DNA of 61,499 bases, counting the filler, from Platydemus manokwari (lineage: Eukaryota): the NCBI GenBank assembly GCA_037951405.1. It is 6 parts of 6 records of this genome, joined end to end, with 100 filler letters (N's around TTAATTAATTAA, not from the genome) between each part and the next. Parts side by side here need not be neighbours in the genome. Positions count along the whole stretch, not along the records: positions 40,733 to 49,496 come from JBBMOY011353649.1; positions 49,597 to 61,499 come from JBBMOY010402222.1; 4 more parts are not named here. The stretch is one strand, 5' to 3'. Positions 45,150-59,000 of the stretch are shown piece after piece (the stretch's first letter is position 1; every line of letters begins with the position of its first letter). Both the position numbers and the translations under genes were made by a program. Below the pieces are notes generated by a model. The model saw nothing but the letters and a program-made list of their open reading frames with translations, was not told where the DNA came from and made no database searches.

Positions 45150-46170
45150 GATTTTCAAAACTATTGAAAAACATTATAAAACCTTAGTAGAAGTAATGCA
45201 AAGAATAGGAAAATCTGGGTTAAGGATAAATCCAGAAAAACTTAACATATTAATAAAGGAAATCAAGTTTCTTGAACACAATACACGAAGAAAGTATTAA
45301 AGCAGACTCAGATAAGATTAAAACAATGGCAAAGTTTGAGAGACCAAAATGCATAAAAAATGTAAGAAGCTTCTTAGAAATTTGTGGCTGCTTTAGGGAA
45401 TTCAAAGAGAACAGCTAAAAAAAATTCAGAACTTTAGAAGAACTATGTTGGAAAAATAACAATCAACTAATATGAAACGAAGCATGTGATAAGGCATTTC
45501 AGGAAATGAAAAAAGCTTTGTCAGAATCTCCAATTTTGATATTCTCAGACTTTAATAAAGAATTTTATGTTTTGACATAATAAGATCAATTTTATCACAA
45601 AAAGATGATCAAGGAAATGAACTTGTAATTGCACACGGATCCCATGCATTGAACACACATGATTAAGGTATTGCATCACTAAGAAAGAATTACTGGATAT
45701 ATATTATTTCTGTCAGCATTTCAACCATTATCTGTATAAAAGATTCGCATTTCGAACAAATCACAAAGCAATTACATTTATGCTAAAAACAAAAAATCAG
45801 ACATAGTTGAATTATCTAAGTATTTTGGACAAAAACATGATATTTAGAAATGGTGTTTATCACGAAAATACAGATATGCTATTAAGAAATACATGTGACA
45901 TATTCAGAATTCTTGACTAAACATGAGAATCCAAACAAAGGAAAGTTGAAAATTCCAATACTAACCATTATGACGAAGAATAAACGAAAAGAATGGCAAA
46001 TAAATAATGAAGAAATAGAAATGATTTAAAACGGAATATAAATAACATGAAATGGTCGGTATTTACTCGAAGAAGACATAGGAAAGACAAAAGAGTATAA
46101 AAATTGGATACCATCAATTGAAAGAAGAGAAATAATAGAATATTCTCACAAGTTGTTGTGTCATGCTAGA
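45150..46170 (+). mobile_element. Ty3/Gypsy pol fragment (RT end + RNase H + integrase start), same family as 43330-44608
   Basis: GLRINPEK, IKFL, VRSFL..CG, AFQEMKKALSESPIL and QGNELVIAHGSH, with DNA closely similar to the minus-strand copy; many stops. Confidence 0.9.
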
Positions 46171-46794
46171 ACAGAGGATTATATGTTATATTTCATTTTT
46201 CGATTTTAATTTATTCGAGAATTTTCATATTAATAAAAAATATCATAATTGAACTTATTAAAATGTTAAAATTACGATCTTCGAAAGAACCTTTCTTTAT
46301 GTGAGAACTAGCTCGGTATTTTTCCAGAATAGGTTAGCGTACTATTGTGCCGGTAAATAGTTGAATGCCAGCACTCATAGCAATTAATGGATAACCTGCC
46401 AGCTGAATTAGTTTTTCATTTTGATAACTGTTCAGCATCGCTGGACAATTTACTTCTTTATAGTTTTTTATAATTTCAGATGACTTTCTATTTGATAAGT
46501 CGTTATTTAATTTTATATGTAATCTTATTCTCTTGGTAAACATTATAGTTTAATAATTTTATTTTTTCTATTCAAGTGAAATTTGTCCCACTTTGTCTTT
46601 GATATTTATACTAAATTTTCTGCAGGATAATTTTATATAGGCTGAACCGTGCTTTGCGATTTTTAGTGTTTCAAAGCCATTTAGGATGTTAGTAATTAAT
46701 TTGGATATTAATTTTCATTAACTCACCTAAATTTATTTAGATTTAACAATAAATTTTGAAATATGATTATTTTGATTAATTTAATTTTTCCTAG

Positions 46795-48810
46795 GCACTT
46801 GGATTTGGGGTTGGCATCTGCTCATGCTCATTTGACTGGTTTTCTTGATCCAACAGGTTGGTTGACTAACAAGTTAATAATTTGTCATTGGAAATCTGAT
46901 TAAATTTTAAATTTTTATGATTTTTTTTTATTATAATTCATTTGATATTATGCAATAATTAGTTATAATTTAATTCTAGACAGTTTGTTAAAAAAAACAA
47001 GGATTTTCTATAGAAAAGCATTGTGAAATTTTAGAAGCTTAAAAATTCTCTATAGATGCAGCAGAAAAAGAGTCTAAAGATTATAATAATTAAAATTTTC
47101 GATTACACTTTTTTGCCAGAATTACATGAGTTTCATTGAATCTTTTTTGCAGATAGTTTTAAGATTGAAAATAAAAATACTAAGTGATTTCATATTGGTT
47201 CCTATTTCACTATTATCAATCTATATATGAGATCAATTTTGATTTTATAGGCCTTGGATTTATCGCAATTTTATGATATTTTCATATTTGCTTTTCAGTT
47301 TTTTTCACAATTTTTATCGAGAATAATAATATTATTTAAAAGACGATTCTAATATAAAAGAAAATTGAATAATTAGGAAGATATTCTATTAATTTTTGCA
47401 ATTTTTTATGAAATTGATTAATTTCGGAAAACTTTCATTTGATATTAATTTCAGACTATAATTTCTCTCACAGAATACGTCATTTTTCGTTTGGTGATCC
47501 AAATATAAATGTTTTCAATCCTCTAGATTCAGAAGAATCTATTGTCCAAACGAGTTAATTTTGAAAATCGATTTCATATTTTATTAATTATTGTAGATTT
47601 TCATATGTTTCAATATTTTATTCAAGTGGTTCGCACAAGGATTAGAACGTTTTCTATGAACGTCGATACATATCAATATGCCGTAACAGAACAGGTAAAA
47701 TGTTTTATTTATAATCAACATTTCATTATTGTTTATCCTATTTAAGTGCGATTTAATTTCGTTGATTTTTGCTATTTTTGTTTCTGTATATGTATAAGGT
47801 GAATAATTTTATCAATTAGAATGCCCTATAAGTTAACATTCAAATATATTTATCATAATTTTTATAAATATTTCTGAAATATCTACACTGCATCAATGCT
47901 TCAGATGTGTATTTCACGAATTTCAATAGATCTTCATTCTGAATTTTCTTTTTAAAGTTTCGCTCGATTTTACAAGATAAACAAATATGAGTTTTCAATG
48001 GATTTTATTGTATGGTGAATGAGAATTACGAGCACAATTATAGCTATGAATGAACCAAAGATGATCAATACGAAGGAAACAAGAATGTAACGAATTTTAA
48101 AATGTCTATTACAAGTTATTGTTTGTGTTTTTCATCTTTAACAAGATCTGAAACCATAAAAATATTTTTATGCTTTACGAGACCACTTCTCATTGATCAC
48201 GAATAATGTTATCCGAATTTATTCCAAAGTCGCAGATATAATCCTGAGGATTTAACTTGCACCGACAACCTCATGTTGGATTTTTTCGTTACATTTCTAT
48301 AAATGATTTTGATTTTATATTTTTATAAAACAGCTAAAGAAAATTTTTATTGAATTTCAATTTTGGACTCATTTTTACTGTAATTTAAAATTAAATTGTA
48401 CTTTAATTTTGTAAAAAATAGCTGTTTCCTGTTTCTCATAAATATTTTTCAGAAAACCCAGGCGTACTCGATTTTTAATTTTCTTAATTTTTTATGATTT
48501 TGTAATTATTTGATATAATTACATTCTTTATTAATATATTTAGAACCGTTCAATTGATCACAATCGTGGTAGTCACGGGATGCCTGGGATATTCATGCGA
48601 TATGATATTTCTCCAATGCTCGTTAATGTTTCTGAAGATAGGTCGAACATACCAATGTTTTTTGTTCGTCTCGCTGCTCTTATTGGTGGTATTTTTGCGA
48701 CATCAGGGTTTTTGCATTTAGTGCTTTCTGGAGTTTTTGATTTTGCAGCTTGCCAGTTAAAGTTTAATCGAAGGAAGACACTTCCACTTGATATAACTGT
48801 AAAAATGTGA
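46795..48810 (+). CDS. ERGIC2: ER-Golgi intermediate compartment protein 2 (Erv41 family), 5'-partial
   Basis: Exons 46795-46856, 47455-47553, 47597-47694 and 48544-48810 are in phase: HAHL, YNFSHRI.HFSFG, NPLD, MFQYFIQVV, DTYQYAVTE, GSHGMPGIFMRYDISP and FFVRL..LIGGIFATSG. Confidence 0.92.
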
Positions 48811-49496
48811 TATCAAAATGTATAAAGTATCTTTTATTTATCGAATTCTATTTTGTTCGATATATGTATGTGAGGTGTATTGTATTTTATCGGCCTTTTT
48901 ATGTTGTAAATCATTTTTATCTTTAACCACCATTCGATATGATGAGAAGGGTTAAGATTTTTTCTTGGTAATAAAATAAATAATTTTTTGATTTGTCAAA
49001 AATTTTGAAAATAATTTATGATTTATAATAATAACACATTATGATGGTTGTAATTATGCCAATATCTTTTTATGGAGTTGCCAACATTAAGATATAACGT
49101 GTTTCTGTAGTTGTAATTTTATATTAACATTAATTGATGTAATTCAGACTAGTATTTTTATGTAAACACATCTATGAGTGTTAAACCCATGTAATGTAAT
49201 TTGTTCAACTAGCCATTTTAGATGGTAAAATTGATTTGTATTTGGAACTTACGATCTGAAGATCATATAGAAATATGAATGAAGTAGGGAAAATAGTTCA
49301 AATAATAGTAATACGATGTTGTTATTAACGACATTATTTCAATGATTGTTGAGTTATTAAATATTTATCTAAATCATTTTATGAAATAATTAATTTAATA
49401 GCCTATAATAATAGGATTTAGTGTCAAATCAATAAAGATAAAGGAAACTTATGAAACAACATTTCTATCTGAACAACTTAAAATTAACAATAAGAT

Positions 49497-49596
49497 NNNN
49501 NNNNNNNNNNNNNNNNNNNNNNNNNNNNNNNNNNNNNNNNTTAATTAATTAANNNNNNNNNNNNNNNNNNNNNNNNNNNNNNNNNNNNNNNNNNNN
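49497..49596. other. Artificial 100-nt join spacer
   Basis: 44 N + TTAATTAATTAA (49541-49552) + 44 N. Confidence 0.97.
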
Positions 49597-49757
49597 ATAT
49601 TTAGTGCATCTGATTGCGCAGACTGGTGCATATTTTATATGAATAGGCAGGACTAAGTGGTAAAGTAATAGGTTCTAGTAATACATGTATCAATAAACTA
49701 TCTTATTTCCAAAAATAATAATGACTGTTATGAAGTATATATTATATATTAAGAGAG

Positions 49758-49758
<1 letters not shown>

Positions 49759-49793
<35 letters not shown>
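49759..49793. repeat. (GATA)n microsatellite
   Basis: Eight perfect GATA units plus a partial unit. Confidence 0.95.
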
Positions 49794-51820
49794 TACTATG
49801 AAAAATATTTGATATCAGAACTCGTAACTCAATAGTAAGCAACAAAAACAATATTTCACAAAATAAAAGGAAATTAAATCGAAAATTGTTGGAGATACAG
49901 TTAGTAATACAACAAAACTCTGCTTTTAGCAGACGATACTTAGAACCAATTGACCGTTCTATACGAGTTATTTCCGTACCCAAAAAAGCAAAATAAAATA
50001 AGAGGTCTCAATGTGCGTTAAGTGCATTTCGACATTTAAATAATTATTCCATTGAATTGATTTGTAGTGAAGAGAGAAGTTGTTTGAATCAAAGAAATTT
50101 TACTTTCGTCCGAATATGTTGACAGAGTTGAAAAATTGATAAAAATATTCTTTTCCTTAAAATCACTCTGCAATTGGTCTACATTTTTTGTAATGTTGAT
50201 TTCAAATATTTATTTCATAATTTGTGATTTCTACTAACTCTTATAAATTTCTGGTGTAAGCACATATATAAGGATTACAATCTGCCTCTAGTAATGATAT
50301 TATTATAGTGTATTGTCTATTTAACCTCCTCGATCACTGTCGATTATTGAATATTAACATTTGAATACTATTGGGTTGAGGCATAACTTCATGCAGTTTT
50401 TTACAATTATGAAAAATGCACACTGGTTAAGAATGAAAACCATGGAAAAAATTTCAGATAACAAAAGGAATTCATTATCCCATATATTCGTAAGATATAA
50501 ATTCTATAAGAAAAACAATTTAGAGACATTTTCTGAATAATTATATAATAACAAAATAAAATGGAGAATCTTTTTCCATTTGCTTGCTCACGATTTATAT
50601 GTAAATTGATTTTGGCAAGTATTTGAGCGAAATTCTTATTACTTTGAATATTTAATTGTATTGAAAGAAATAATCGGATTAAAAGATTTTCAGAGTGAAA
50701 TTTAACTAATCTTTAAATTTAGTTCATAAAATCCAGATAACTGTTTCGAAATTTTCCAGCCCACGCAATTAGTTTAAATTTGGAATAAATACTTCATAGG
50801 GAATTTATATTGATGATGATCATGAATAATTGATCTGTTTGTGTTGAATATTTTCGGATGTTTCAGTAAGTTTGAAATAAATATAATATGATTATGATTT
50901 TTGTGATGAATGGTCTATGTTCATAATCTGTATTCATCAGCTATATATTTGAAAAATTTGAGAGATATAATCATAGAATCAATGGAAATATCAATAAGTA
51001 TACAACACATTGATCGGTCTATCAGTACTGTGAACTCATCGGTATCTAATAGTACTTCGAACACTCATGACTTAGGCGTGAAGATATGATGTGATTGGAT
51101 TTTAGACTCATATTACTCACACATGGAATTCTGTAAATGTAAACTCTTCTAATTTGGATGCAAATGCCATGACATTTTTTGACAATCAGTAAAATCAGAC
51201 CGCATCAGACAAAGAATGTTAACAATATAAAGAATAATATAAAAAATTCTTAAGAAGAAAATTAAAAAATTTCGTACACCAAAAAACCGTCACTATACTG
51301 TAATCCCCAACTGAATTGATCAGAAATCAACTTATTAATTTGAATTTTTAATCTCAAAAAGATTGGCAATTTAATTTGTTGAACCAGCTGCGTATTTCGA
51401 TTTGACAATAATCAGAAAAAGCACTTTGTTAAATCAATATGTGACTATTCGATATTGTCAATACGCTCTCTCATGAAGATCAATCTTTATCGATTTCGGT
51501 TACAGTATAAAAATATTTTTCACATATTTTTATTTTTTTTTTTCAAACAACAAATATTATTTACGAAAAATAACTGTTCTAAGAAATGTATAATATCAAG
51601 AACTAATTCTAAATATTTTATTTAATTTTAACTAATAAAATACATATGAAAGATTTAGATTTTTATAATACCTCTGAATGGGTTTCTTAACTTTTAGAAT
51701 AAAAGGAGGTAATTCAATCACTGTCTCGTTAAAGTTAAAGTCAGATCTGATTCTTGAATAGAGCAAAAGGTGAACGTTATGTAAACTTATTTGAAAAGAA
51801 CATCAAATAATCAAATAGAA

Positions 51821-52268
51821 CAGTGGTTCTCAACCCCGGGGTCACAACCCTAAATGGGTTCGGCTAGCATTTTTAAAGGGGTCACCGAATTATGATACGT
51901 GTACCAATCATTACTTGTGAAACATCGGGTTTTATGATGTTGTTAAATAAAAAGTTTGAGATGCTGATTAAACTACTTCTGTGCACAACTACCTTGACTA
52001 CTACTGTTAAGTATTTAATAAGTAATGTTATTATCTGATAATCATATTATTATAGGTAATTCATTACGTTCCGTAAATCAATGAAATATAAATCAAATGA
52101 TAACTAAATATCATTTTATTCATAATATAATATATACTGTATATCAAATATTTTATTAAATATGGTGAGTTATGACTTATTTTTAGTAATATTGATTTTC
52201 TTTGGGGTCGCCAAGATCTTAAAAATTGGGAAATGAGTGGCCTTTTCAAAAAAGATTATGAACCGCTG
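51821..52268. mobile_element. Degenerate hAT/Charlie (SPIN-like ends) non-autonomous element
   Basis: Left end cagtggttctcaacc, right end (reverse complement) cagcggttcataatc, 11/15 match; internal ggggtc(a/g)c motifs near both ends; TSD is weak. Confidence 0.65.
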
Positions 52269-55200
52269 ATTTATAGTCAAATATTTGATATGAATTCGCC
52301 ACGAAATAAAATCGATTTTAAAAAGGTATAGAAAAACATTTCAGAAAATGTGAAAATCCATTTCATTAAACCTCAATTAAACATGATATGTTGCTTCAAT
52401 CCAAAAAGAATATCAAATATTTATTGTAATTATATGAAATAACAAATATTCATTTTGGCTTTTACCATTGACTGGTTATAGCAAATAAGCCTGAAACTCT
52501 TTACATGCTTCAATAAACGTACGAAAAGAGAAATGATAATATTCACGTCGAATTGAATGATTTACTTATGAATGAAATTTTTTTTTTCGTTATTATCTTT
52601 ACGCACAATTAATATGTCATACATTTCATTGGAGATTCATATATGTGATGAATATCGCTTTATGCTTTTCGGATTTAATAATTAAAATGTCATTTGTTCG
52701 TATAGATTTTCAACGACATTTTTTTATCGGATTATGTTTAAGAAATTATTACGAGAAAATTATTATTGTAAAAATCAATTTTCAAATTTTTCCAATTCCT
52801 CAAAATACGTCACATAAGATTTAGTGGAAAAAAAATTTATTAATAAGTAATAAATCAATAAATCAAAAATCGGTTGGTCTGTCTTTCGAGGAATGAAGTC
52901 CGCTTTGTAGACATCAAAGTGAAATTAATAAATGGAATATATATTTCGTCATGCAACGATTAAATGCCGAAGTTATTTCTTCGAGTAAACACGTATGATT
53001 TCTTGTACAAGCAAATAATCACAATATTACAAAACGGTTCCATAAAGAGCTTTATAAGTTTTATTAATTATTACTGAATCATTTAATTTTAGACAATAAA
53101 TTAATTTATTCCATTAATTGTCAAGTAATGAGGTACATGCCTGCACAATCATACAGGTTCGAAAAACGAGTGATCAAAGGCAACAAAGGTAACGAAGATT
53201 TCAATTTTGTAAAATATTATTATACATACACAGGGATTGGCAAATCTCGGTCATAGTAAATCAATAAATACTATTAGAATCGTGAAAACAGATCACCCAA
53301 TCTAAAAGTTTAGTTTGCAAAACACTAACAAACTTTGTTGTTATTATATGAACAATATCAAAATATTATTTTTAGGATTATGATGGTTCATTGATCAAAA
53401 TGTTAATATTTCTAGTGTGTTATCCAATTATAGAATTTCGTTATTGTTTTTACCAATCTAAAAATAGAATCAATAATAATCAATATTCGTAATTTTTGTT
53501 GTTATAATTAAAAATTTTATCGCTCAATATATTCATGAATCATTTGTGATCTATTCCATTTGGTTTGAAAATTTTCCCATACTACTGAGAATAAAATAAA
53601 TCGCGACCATTCCTTATATTTTATCATTATTTTTGTACAAAAAACATTTGTATGCAAAAATATAAGCACTGAAATTAGATTACGAATATATAGATATTTT
53701 TCAAGATTTTAATCGAGTTTTCAATTGTTTCATTATTATTGTAAATATCGTCATAGTTACCTGATATGAAAGTTTCGCAATGTGGAAAATTAGATACAAT
53801 AGACCAAAAGCAATGATCAAAACCGTTGGTACAACTTTCAAAAAGATAGGCACACAAACACAGTTACAAACATTCAAGTAGCCAATCAGAGGTCTTCAAA
53901 TCAAAATTTTCTGACTGAATCCCGACTTTCGATTTCTGTACAACTACTATAAACAAGAATTATCGAAAACCATTAATGACATTAGAGGTAGAAAGTAAAT
54001 CTTACCTTATGTAGGAACGAGGTTCTAACAAATAGAAAATCAAAAACACTAAACATTAAATTGACACACAGATCCAAGCATATAAACTGAAGCTGTTATC
54101 TGGGAAAATAGCCATTATTTCTAGTCGATAATTTTTGTTTAATGAACTCCTTTTGTGGTAATCTTTAACTTTTGATTCTGAGCTTGTGTGACGCTGTTCT
54201 ATCTGATTGCTTGGCTAATTATTTGTTATTGGTAAATATATTGATTAACATTTCAGTTTCATTGATATCCATCAAAAATTTGTAATTTCATTAATAATGA
54301 AAAATAATTATAATTAACGCATTATTAAAGTAATAAACGGATTCGATTGTCATTTTATTGACTTCATATTTCCGTGCATTATATTGACAAATCAGTAATG
54401 AGGTTTTATTGATTATTTTAATTTATAAATTATTTGAATCCCAACCATCAAAATTCATCATATAGCTAGAAAAGTTTCTCTTTAAATCCTCGTTGAAATA
54501 AAAATCTGCATCACATCCTAAACCCGAATTAAATTTTTAAAATAATAATTAAATCAGATATGCCCCATTCTAATATTTCAAGAAATATTCATATATACCT
54601 AATTTTCCATTTATCGATTTCATAGTTGTTGAAGTTTATTTTATGCATATTTATCTTGTCTGAATATCGCTTTTATGATTTTGGATAAGGAAAATTTATT
54701 GATTAATAATTTATTTAAAGGAAATATTGATGCCATCTATTTTGGACTTCACCGCTAAATAATGAATCAGAACTATTATTTAAAATCGATTTGAAATGTT
54801 AAAAAATAAATTTAAAACATTCAAGCCCATAGATTGTATTTTATGTCTAGCGATAACAGTTAGAATAACTCTGTAAAAAGCCAACGATAGATTTCATTCA
54901 TCATGTCATGAAACTCACTTACAAAATTGTCTTGCTGTGAACGAAGTTTGCTTTTTGAAACTCTGGCTTAGGTTATCAAAGTTGTTATTCAATTCAGGCC
55001 TTGTTTGTCAGTCTTTGTCTGAGATAAACCACATATTTTGGTTAAATTTAAGAAAAAAGTCATAAAATAAAATTTTTGGCTTAAGTTAAGCAAAAGGGTT
55101 CTTTGACCTACTTTCGTTATAATTAATTTAAGCGCATGAGATAACTTTATAACTTAATTTTATTTATAACTGCTATGTTTGATTTATTCGTATAATTCAG

Positions 55201-55289
55201 CTAATATCTAATTTTTTAACATGTCTAATAGTGACAAAACATAGTTCTAAAACCAAGTTCCCATTCTAATCACAACACTTCTATATGAT

Positions 55290-55670
55290 TATTTGAGTTT
55301 TTAAATTTAATTTTTTATAATTATAAATCGAGTTAGTTAATTACAGACATGCTTAATAATATCATTGCTTATTTTTATAAAATAATTATAAAAATTGAGA
55401 ATATCTTTCAATTTGCTTCTAATGTTAAAATAGTGATCCTCGCTAATTTTCAATAAATTGCAATTCGACCTACTTTTTTCATTTTTTCAGATAATCCAAT
55501 TTTATGAGATTTTGAAGCTCCAGTGTATTTAATATTTGATTTCAAACCAACTAAAATTCTTTGTAAGTACTTCAATAAAAGATTCGAAATCTTTTTAAAG
55601 AATATAATTAAATAAACTATATAGATTTTTGCAATACACTCAACAAATTTAAAATTTCACTTTAGGACCC
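55290..55670 (+). repeat. Dispersed ~350-bp repeat, copy 2
   Basis: Similar to 44615-44970 and, inverted, to 61150-61440. Confidence 0.85.
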
Positions 55671-56096
55671 TTTTTTCACTTTGGCCAAAATTTGTTTGAA
55701 AATGGATGTATTGACAAAACAGATTTTTTCGTTTCTGTTGTAAACATGACTTTTAATTTGAATATCAAGAATGAAGACATTTTGGCAACTAATAGGTTGG
55801 ATGAATAAACGAGAAATCATAAATTCCTCAGAAACTATACCAATCCGAAATATCAGGGCGAAATTTCTATCATTAATATTAATCCCAAATTTCCTATTGC
55901 CTTTAAAGTCACTTTTAAAATTAAAAATTTTGTAATTAAAATTGGAAATCTTTCAAGCAAAACAATTACGATTGGTGGCAATTACCGAAGGAATGCGATG
56001 AAGAATCATAAGATTGATTTACTATCTCCATATTAGCATTTGAAACTCTCAAATATAATAATCAATGATGGACAATTTCTTTACTTTTTCCTTTAG

Positions 56097-59000
56097 ATCC
56101 GAATCCGCATGTCGGCTTATTTCGTCAAATCCTTCTTTTCTCAATTTATCTCGAAGAAATTCAGAAAATAAATATAAATCCAATCACAGTCTTTCAATAC
56201 CTACTAAGCCTTCTATCAACGACAGGTATGTATTTTACATGTAGACACAATACGTTTTATTTCATAATAATTTTTCAATTTTTATTTCTAATATTTATTA
56301 TCGTGATATAAATAAACTAATTTCCGTGGTTGGAACCGCCTCAGTGCCTGGTTTTCAGAATAAATTGATCTCAAACGATTTTCGATTTGCAAATTAATCT
56401 TGAGGAAAATCAATAGTTGGGGAAAAAGATTTTATGAAAAGAATAAATGTTGAAATACAGTTTTGAGATACGAAAATTATATCGCATTTATGTATATATA
56501 ATTCAGCTACGACAGGATTTGTTTAAATATTTGGATTTCGTCATTATTCTCCACCAAATTATAGGTGTTTTAGTGGGGTCTAGACGAAACTGTCAGGATA
56601 CATTTAACTTGTAAATACTTTTCACAAACACAAGCTATTGTTTTGAAATGTTGTTCAATATAATTATCATAACACCATCAGAATTACTGATTTATTCGTG
56701 GCTACTTTGAGATTTTATTAGTTTCGTAATTAATAGTGTTTTATTGATATCACTGACTGAGAGTTGGCGTACGAGTTGATTGAGATTTATTATTATAAAA
56801 TTCCAGAACTCATTTCATACCGAATGTATGATTATTGGCTAGGTGATGATGATTTAATCGAAAGTTTGTGATCAATGTAGAAGTCGATTTTAAAAGATTT
56901 TTTTAATTATAATCTCTTCATAGATAGGTTTATTTCACTTATCGTTATTATCGTTGATCTTTTGCTGTGACTGGAAATAGTTTTGATAATAATAATATTA
57001 CTGTCTGGGTGTTATGATAATTTAATAGATGCACCGCAAATGAAAGTCTTCATAACGAAGTGATATTCAAGTGGTGAATCTAACTGGATCGAACAATCTT
57101 ACAAGCGATCAAAACAACTTTCTTATTTTGATAATTTTGTTTTATCCAAGTCCCGAATATATAATCACTACCACATCAAATTGTTTCCGATACACGAGCT
57201 TTCAGGACCAAAATCATTGAAAAATTTCTACAGGATTGTATTTTAAATAATTTTCAAAAAATCTTCAAATTTTTTAATGTTCTTTTATAATTTGAATTTA
57301 AATTTTCTGAATTTATGGTGGTATTTTTAATTACAAAAATTTGAAATGAAGGAAATATTCTGACCGGCATATTAGATCATTTTTTTAAGAACAAAAAATA
57401 CAATGAGAAAATTCTCTTGAGACACTCAGAAGGGCCAATTGAAATGACTGGTTTTTCATTTCTTATATTGTTGAAATGTTTGACTGAATAAATATATATA
57501 AACAAACTGAAGTGTATTTCGAGCTTAAATATATATAATTTTTTATTTTCTATAACATTGTCAAAAATCTCCCAAACAATAACCCTAGTCAGATATAAGT
57601 TTAACTTAAAAATATCTTACGGATTCCATTTTATTAAAATTATTAACCCTTTCGCTGTTCTGCACGTATATATTCGCAAAAAAAAACCTTGCCACATACG
57701 CTCCAAACGAGTATGTTCGCATATTGTTTCAAAATAGTTTGCTGCTCAATACGGCATTTGGACAGATTATGTCAAGACACTAATATTTGCTACTTTTGCG
57801 GCTACTTCATTTTAGCGATAATACTTCACCGCCCATTGAGGGTGATTCTTTACGAAATTTCAAGAAGCAATGCCCAACAAAAGGGTTAAAGGTCTCTTCA
57901 TCATCTAACTGTCAAAGAGTACCACTATTTATCGATAAAGATCGATTCAGGTGATTTTGAGTAGATAAAGCCTATTTTCATTTATCGCTCACAAAAGATA
58001 AATTATTTACAAATTTATTTCCAGTTTCAATGCCAGCAATAACGAGCTGGAAATTCCTCACAACCATATTGATAATCAATCTTATTGGAAACGATGTAAA
58101 AGTGACGAAAATCAAACCAAAATTTTCTGTGCTAATAATCCAATATCCAAATCAATGTTTCAAAGTGATTTTATTGTGGAATCATTGTTAAATTTATCAA
58201 TGAGTTTATCTTTTTGCAGACTGCATCGAAACAGAGGATTCATTTTGTTCAAATGAGCACGAGGTTTGATAGTCATAGCTATATAGATTAATTTTAAAGT
58301 CACCTTTATATATAATCGATATATACTCAATTGTTACAGAAAAATATAACGATATCATTGATATCTACTGAATTAACCGAAGACCAATAAAATTTAGTTA
58401 TAAACCCATCGATTCATTTGATATTTTTATTTACGTCACGATTTTTTGTAAACTACATAACATCTCTTCCCAATTATTTCCCCCATGATATGTAAACGTA
58501 TTTGTTTAAGTCATTTTAACAATATTAAAAAAGCAGATGTTCAAAATATTTTTCTTCCCGTCGTTATACGAGATAAACTCTTGTTTATGATAAATTGTGA
58601 ATATTTTTTTGATTAATTCTGATATGGAACCAGTACTTTTATCAAGTAATTTCTACTTCATTGTATAAGTTTATCTTAAAATATCTAAGGAAACATCTTT
58701 GGCATTCATGCAAAGAATTCTTTTGTAATTTTTAATATTGTTTATCTATTTTTTACGATTTCTATTTGAAGTCAAAGGTTTATATTCATTCATGTGAAAG
58801 AAAAGCAGTATTCTTCCAAATCTCATTTCAAAAAGACTTTCATTTTTAATATATTGTTTTCAAAATATTGGCTCTTTTCATTAATGTAAAAGAGATTTTA
58901 TTTTTCAAAAACTCGAGAACATAACTCTCTACAAGCCTTTTATCGGCTTAATGAGGAGCGTTGCATATTTTATTGTCAAGTTCATTCCATGTTGTCGCGT

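Noticed and set aside
24360-54210. Stop-codon reassignment suggested by in-frame TAA in decayed fragments
   Set aside because: Conserved genes, including the 2.4-kb DNAH10 exon, have no internal stops and end in TAA or TGA, consistent with the standard code.
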